A stretch of 51,103 nt of DNA from Deferrisomatales bacterium (lineage in GTDB: Bacteria > Desulfobacterota > Deferrisomatia > Deferrisomatales > JACRMM01), in assembly GCA_033551855.1 (NCBI GenBank), contig JAWSUI010000027.1, forward strand, positions 1 to 51,103, given 5' to 3'. The stretch's first letter is position 1; each line of letters begins with the position of its first letter. The notes beneath the pieces were generated by a model. It ran no database searches. It was not told where the DNA came from and worked only from the letters and a program-made list of their open reading frames with translations. Below, in pieces: positions 47,873 through 51,103 of the stretch. The position numbers and the translations under genes are program-made.

Positions 47873-47944
47873 TCGAACCCGGAACCTCGAACACCGTGAA
47901 CTCCGGCCCTCGAAAGGCAACTCCGGAACTGGGAGCTTGGAACA
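47873..47944. repeat. Degenerate 7-nt tandem array (YGGAACY-type)
   Basis: TCGAACC CGGAACC TCGAACA cc GTGAACT CCGGCCC TCGAAAG GCAACTC CGGAACT GGGAGCT TGGAACA. Confidence 0.7.
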
Positions 47945-48500
47945 TCCCACAGGCCGGCCGTCGGCGAGATGCCGCGGCTCCCGCCACTCCTTGGCCTCCG
48001 CGGCACGTCCCCCTCCCGGGTTTCGCGGCCAAGGCCACTCCTTCGACGGGCCTGCTCCACGAACGCGTCGGCAGAAAGTGAGGAGGGGAGGGGCGTGTCG
48101 TGAGAACAATAAGTATCTATATCTACAATATGTTGCGCCAAGAAATTCCCAACATACGTGAAGTCAGGGCGATCGCCTCGGCGTCCGCGCCTCCCCGGTC
48201 CCAGCCTCGGCCCGGCCTGTGGTATTGTAGATTGAAGACCGAGGGCGGCTCTTTTTGGGGTCACCCGGAGAATGACCTGGTACTCGTGTCCAGGGACGAT
48301 CGGGTGGGCCCGACCACGTAGGCGGACGGCCGCTCGACGGGAGCAGCCGCTTCGGGAGTCGCGATGCCGCGAGGATTCCGGACGCGGCGGGGGAGAACAC
48401 CTACCGTGCAGTCCGGCCTCGTCTGCCGGAGTGGGCGGGCCCACCCGGTCGTTTACCGGTAGAACCTCTTTTGGGGGCGCCATAGAAGAGGGAGGGAGAG

Positions 48501-49073
48501 ATGACGGAAGCGGATAGCCCTGCCGAGGGCGGGGCGGCTGGTGACGAGGGGCTGCGGGTCCTGCAGGAGATGACCAAGGAGGAGCTCCTCCGGGTGGTCA
48601 TGGACGACGCCAAGAACTGGTTGGCCCACGACGGCCTGTGGTTTCAGGCGGTGGAGAAGGTGCACGGGCTCGACGAGGCCATCCGGGCCGACCGGGACGG
48701 CTGGGAGGCCTTCACGGTCATCGAGGCCCAACGGATCATGGAGCGCCTCGGCATCTCACCGGGCGGGGGCATCCCGGCCCTGGTGGAGTGCCTCAAGCAC
48801 CGTCTGTACGCCCGGCTGAATCGGCAGGAGTGCGTGGAGGTCTCGCCCACGCGGGCGGTCTTCCGCATGCTGGAGTGTCGGGTGCAGGCCGCCCGGAAGC
48901 GCAAGGGGCTTCCGGACTTCCCGTGCAAGTCGGTGGGACTGGTGGAGTACACCGGATTCGCCCGCACCATCGACCCCCGGCTGCGCACGCGTTGCGTGGC
49001 CTGCCCCCCGGACCCCCACCCGGAGGAGTACTGGTGCGCTTGGGAGTTCGTGCTGGAGAAGGAGCCCGAGTGA
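48501..49073 (+). CDS. DUF6125-like protein (L-2-amino-thiazoline-4-carboxylate hydrolase/V4R-like)
   Basis: GGAGGGAG RBS; 'AKNWLAHDGLWFQAVE', 'CRVQAARKRKGLPDFPCKSVG.VEY..FA..IDPR..T.C.ACPPD.HP...WCAWEF'. Confidence 0.8.
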   Translation: MTEADSPAEGGAAGDEGLRVLQEMTKEELLRVVMDDAKNWLAHDGLWFQAVEKVHGLDEAIRADRDGWEAFTVIEAQRIMERLGISPGGGIPALVECLKHRLYARLNRQECVEVSPTRAVFRMLECRVQAARKRKGLPDFPCKSVGLVEYTGFARTIDPRLRTRCVACPPDPHPEEYWCAWEFVLEKEPE

Positions 49074-50443
49074 CGTCCCGGCCGCCGCAAACGCCGGCCT
49101 TTCCGGGCACGGGCGCTCCCCGCGGCTTCTGCCGGCTTGGGGCGGCCCTGCTGCTGTGGGCCGCTGCGGTGTGGAGCGCGCTCCCGACAGGGTCGGCAGG
49201 GGCAGGGGAGGGGGCGGCGGCGGGCCCGGGGGTGCCCGTGTTCCGTCAGGTCGCAGGGGAGATCCGCCGGGTGGTGGTGGCCCCGGGGGACACCTTGATC
49301 GGGCTGTCGGGGCGGCACGGGGTGCACTGGCAGGCCCTGGCGGAGCGCAACCGCCTGGCCGACCCCGATCGGATCCGGGTGGGCCGGGAGCTGGAGGTGG
49401 ACACCCGGCGGATCGTGCCGGCGGCGCTCGATGCGGGGGTCGTCGTCAACATCCCCGAGGCGACCCTGTACCTGTTCGAGCGGGGCACGTTGGCGGCCCG
49501 GTATTCAGTGGGTCTCGGGCGCCCCTCGTGGCAGACCCCCGTGGGTTCCTTCAGCGTGCTGTTCTCCCAGATGGATCCCACCTGGCACGTGCCGCGTTCC
49601 ATACAGGAGGAGATGGCGCGTGAAGGCCGGGTGGTGATGCAGAAGGTCCCCCCCGGACCGGACAACCCCCTGGGCCGGTACTGGATCCAGCTCTCCCGGT
49701 GGGGCTACGGCATCCACGGGACGCCGTTCCCGATCTCCCTCGGGCAGTTCCTGAGCCACGGCTGCATCCGGGTGGGGGACGCGGGGATCGAGGACCTCTA
49801 CCGCCGGGTGCGGCGGGGCACCCGGGTGGAGATCGTCTACCTGCCCGTCAAGCTGGCGGTGACTCCCACGGGCGAGGTCTGGGCCGAGGCCCACCCCGAC
49901 GTCTACCGCCGCGGTTTCCCCGGGGAGGCGGAAGTCTGGGCCGCCCTGGAGCGGGAAGGGGTGAGCCGTCGGGTGGATGCGCAGGCACTGCGTCGCGTGC
50001 TGGGGGAACGCCTCGGCCTGGCCCAGCAGGTGGGGACCGCCGGCCCCCGGGAATCCGCCCGGGACCCCGTCGGCCCGGCGCGGGACGCGGAAGCCGCCGG
50101 CACCGATGCGGCCGTCTGGCGATGCTTGGACTGCCCCCCGGGCCCGAGCCGCCGGGTCACATTCCAATTGCAGGCGCGGGTGCCCCTGGATCTGCCGAAC
50201 CCCTTCCCGATCGAAGTCCGGGACGACGCGGGGCGGGTGGTGTACCGCCCTCAGATGGTCGCCCAGACCATCGTGCACGTGCGCGCGGGGGAGCGACGGA
50301 ACTTCGTGTGGGAGGTGCAGGATTCCGACGGGCAGCCCCTCCCCGCCGGGTCGTACTTTGCCGCCGTTCGATTCTACGTGCCCCGGGAGGGGAGGGCGGC
50401 GGCCCAGCGCACCCTGACCCTGCCCCTCTGGGTGGGGAACTGA
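49070..50443 (+). CDS. LysM-containing L,D-transpeptidase (YkuD family) with a C-terminal Ig-like extension
   Basis: GTG overlaps the upstream stop; LysM 'VAPGDTLIGLSGRHGV...LAERNRLADPDRIRVGREL'; 'VVNIPE', 'PPGPDNPLG', catalytic 'YGIHGT...SHGCIR'. Confidence 0.9.
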   Translation: MTSRPPQTPAFPGTGAPRGFCRLGAALLLWAAAVWSALPTGSAGAGEGAAAGPGVPVFRQVAGEIRRVVVAPGDTLIGLSGRHGVHWQALAERNRLADPDRIRVGRELEVDTRRIVPAALDAGVVVNIPEATLYLFERGTLAARYSVGLGRPSWQTPVGSFSVLFSQMDPTWHVPRSIQEEMAREGRVVMQKVPPGPDNPLGRYWIQLSRWGYGIHGTPFPISLGQFLSHGCIRVGDAGIEDLYRRVRRGTRVEIVYLPVKLAVTPTGEVWAEAHPDVYRRGFPGEAEVWAALEREGVSRRVDAQALRRVLGERLGLAQQVGTAGPRESARDPVGPARDAEAAGTDAAVWRCLDCPPGPSRRVTFQLQARVPLDLPNPFPIEVRDDAGRVVYRPQMVAQTIVHVRAGERRNFVWEVQDSDGQPLPAGSYFAAVRFYVPREGRAAAQRTLTLPLWVGN

Positions 50444-50588
50444 GCCGCCTCGAACCGACACCTTTCCTCAGGGCCCGTGAAACTGCCGACGGGGCGTCCG
50501 GGGGGGCCGGTGCGCGCTCGCGCTCTCGTGGACGGGTCTCGGAGCTCGCGCGCGCCCCCCCCGGCCTCCATCGGACGATTTCTCACAG

Positions 50589-50921
50589 CTACCGGCGCAG
50601 TGTCAGGGACTGGCCCACCAGCTTCCCGTCCTCGCGGGTGTACTGGAGGACGGCCCGGTCGCCGACGGCCACCTCCCCCAGGGACACGGCCTTGCCTGCG
50701 AGCTGGGGTTCCACCCCTTCCCCCAGGGTCACCCCCACAATGAGATCTCCTGCGGCCAAGGGTGCGTTCACCACGACCGCCCGCTGGGCCACGTCCACGG
50801 CGGCGATCTTCCCGTGCACCACCCGGGTCTCGCCCGGGGCGATCGTCTGGGCCCACACTGCCACGGGGGCCAGGATTAGCGCCAGCACCACGACCGCCGT
50901 CATCCTCACACATCGCAACAC
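50589..50921 (-). CDS. Small exported beta-rich protein (OB-fold/DUF5666-like)
   Basis: GGAGG RBS; signal peptide ending VWA-Q; 'VHGKIAAVD', 'GKAVSLGEVAVGDRAVLQY'. Confidence 0.7.
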   Translation of the reverse strand: MLRCVRMTAVVVLALILAPVAVWAQTIAPGETRVVHGKIAAVDVAQRAVVVNAPLAAGDLIVGVTLGEGVEPQLAGKAVSLGEVAVGDRAVLQYTREDGKLVGQSLTLRR

Positions 50922-51054
50922 GGCCTGCCTCCTCTTCTCCCCCCGGTCACCTCGGTCCGCGCTCCCCGGCTGGGACGTCCGCCTTGCCCTGGCCGTCGGA
51001 GCGGCTCGTCATCCACGCCGGGAAAGATAACCGACGCGTGCAGGCCGTCAAGGC

Positions 51055-51103
51055 GGAGGACCGAGGACAGAGGACGGGGGACGGAGGGCGGGGGACGGAG
51101 GGC
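51055..51103. repeat. 7-nt tandem array running off the window end
   Basis: GGAGGAC CGAGGAC AGAGGAC GGGGGAC GGAGGGC GGGGGAC GGAGGGC, seven units in exact register. Confidence 0.88.

Noticed and set aside
48117..48136. NrdR-box-like CAATATGTTG
   Set aside because: There is no properly spaced second box and no ribonucleotide reductase gene adjacent. Kept only as part of the general AT-rich observation.

Overview
High-GC (roughly 70% by eye) bacterial window. Gene content suggests a Desulfobacterota/Deferrisoma-like organism, which is an inference. It begins inside a large repetitive surface protein (Ig/cadherin-like repeats, PKD-like repeats, a choice-of-anchor-U-like domain and a Gly-rich CFI C-terminal tail). 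A ~41 kb cell-surface glycan biosynthesis and tailoring region follows (2585-44012). It holds 8 GT4-type and 3 GT2 glycosyltransferases, 2 flippases, 2 AsnB-type amidotransferases, 2 NAD-dependent epimerases, GNAT and ATP-grasp enzymes, an acyltransferase, a formyltransferase, deacetylases, 3 methyltransferases, a GlpD-like oxidoreductase with a PHP-like partner, a phosphoethanolamine-transferase-like protein, a GT-C-like membrane protein and a FapF-like outer-membrane barrel. There are two pseudogenes (a 41-codon ugd stub and a doubly frameshifted deacetylase) and a lower-GC flippase+GT insert. The right end carries a modular coiled-coil protein, a TIGR01777 oxidoreductase, a DUF3187-like protein, a HEPN/MNT pair, a DUF6125-like protein, a LysM L,D-transpeptidase and a small exported protein. 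The most notable non-coding structure is a set of degenerate 7-nt tandem arrays. One has opposing arms, and a copy of its right arm abuts the truncated ugd. REP-like palindromes and two sigma54-like promoters are also present. No rRNA, tRNA, CRISPR array, transposase or integrase was recognised. All family assignments come from motif recognition by eye; no database searches were run.
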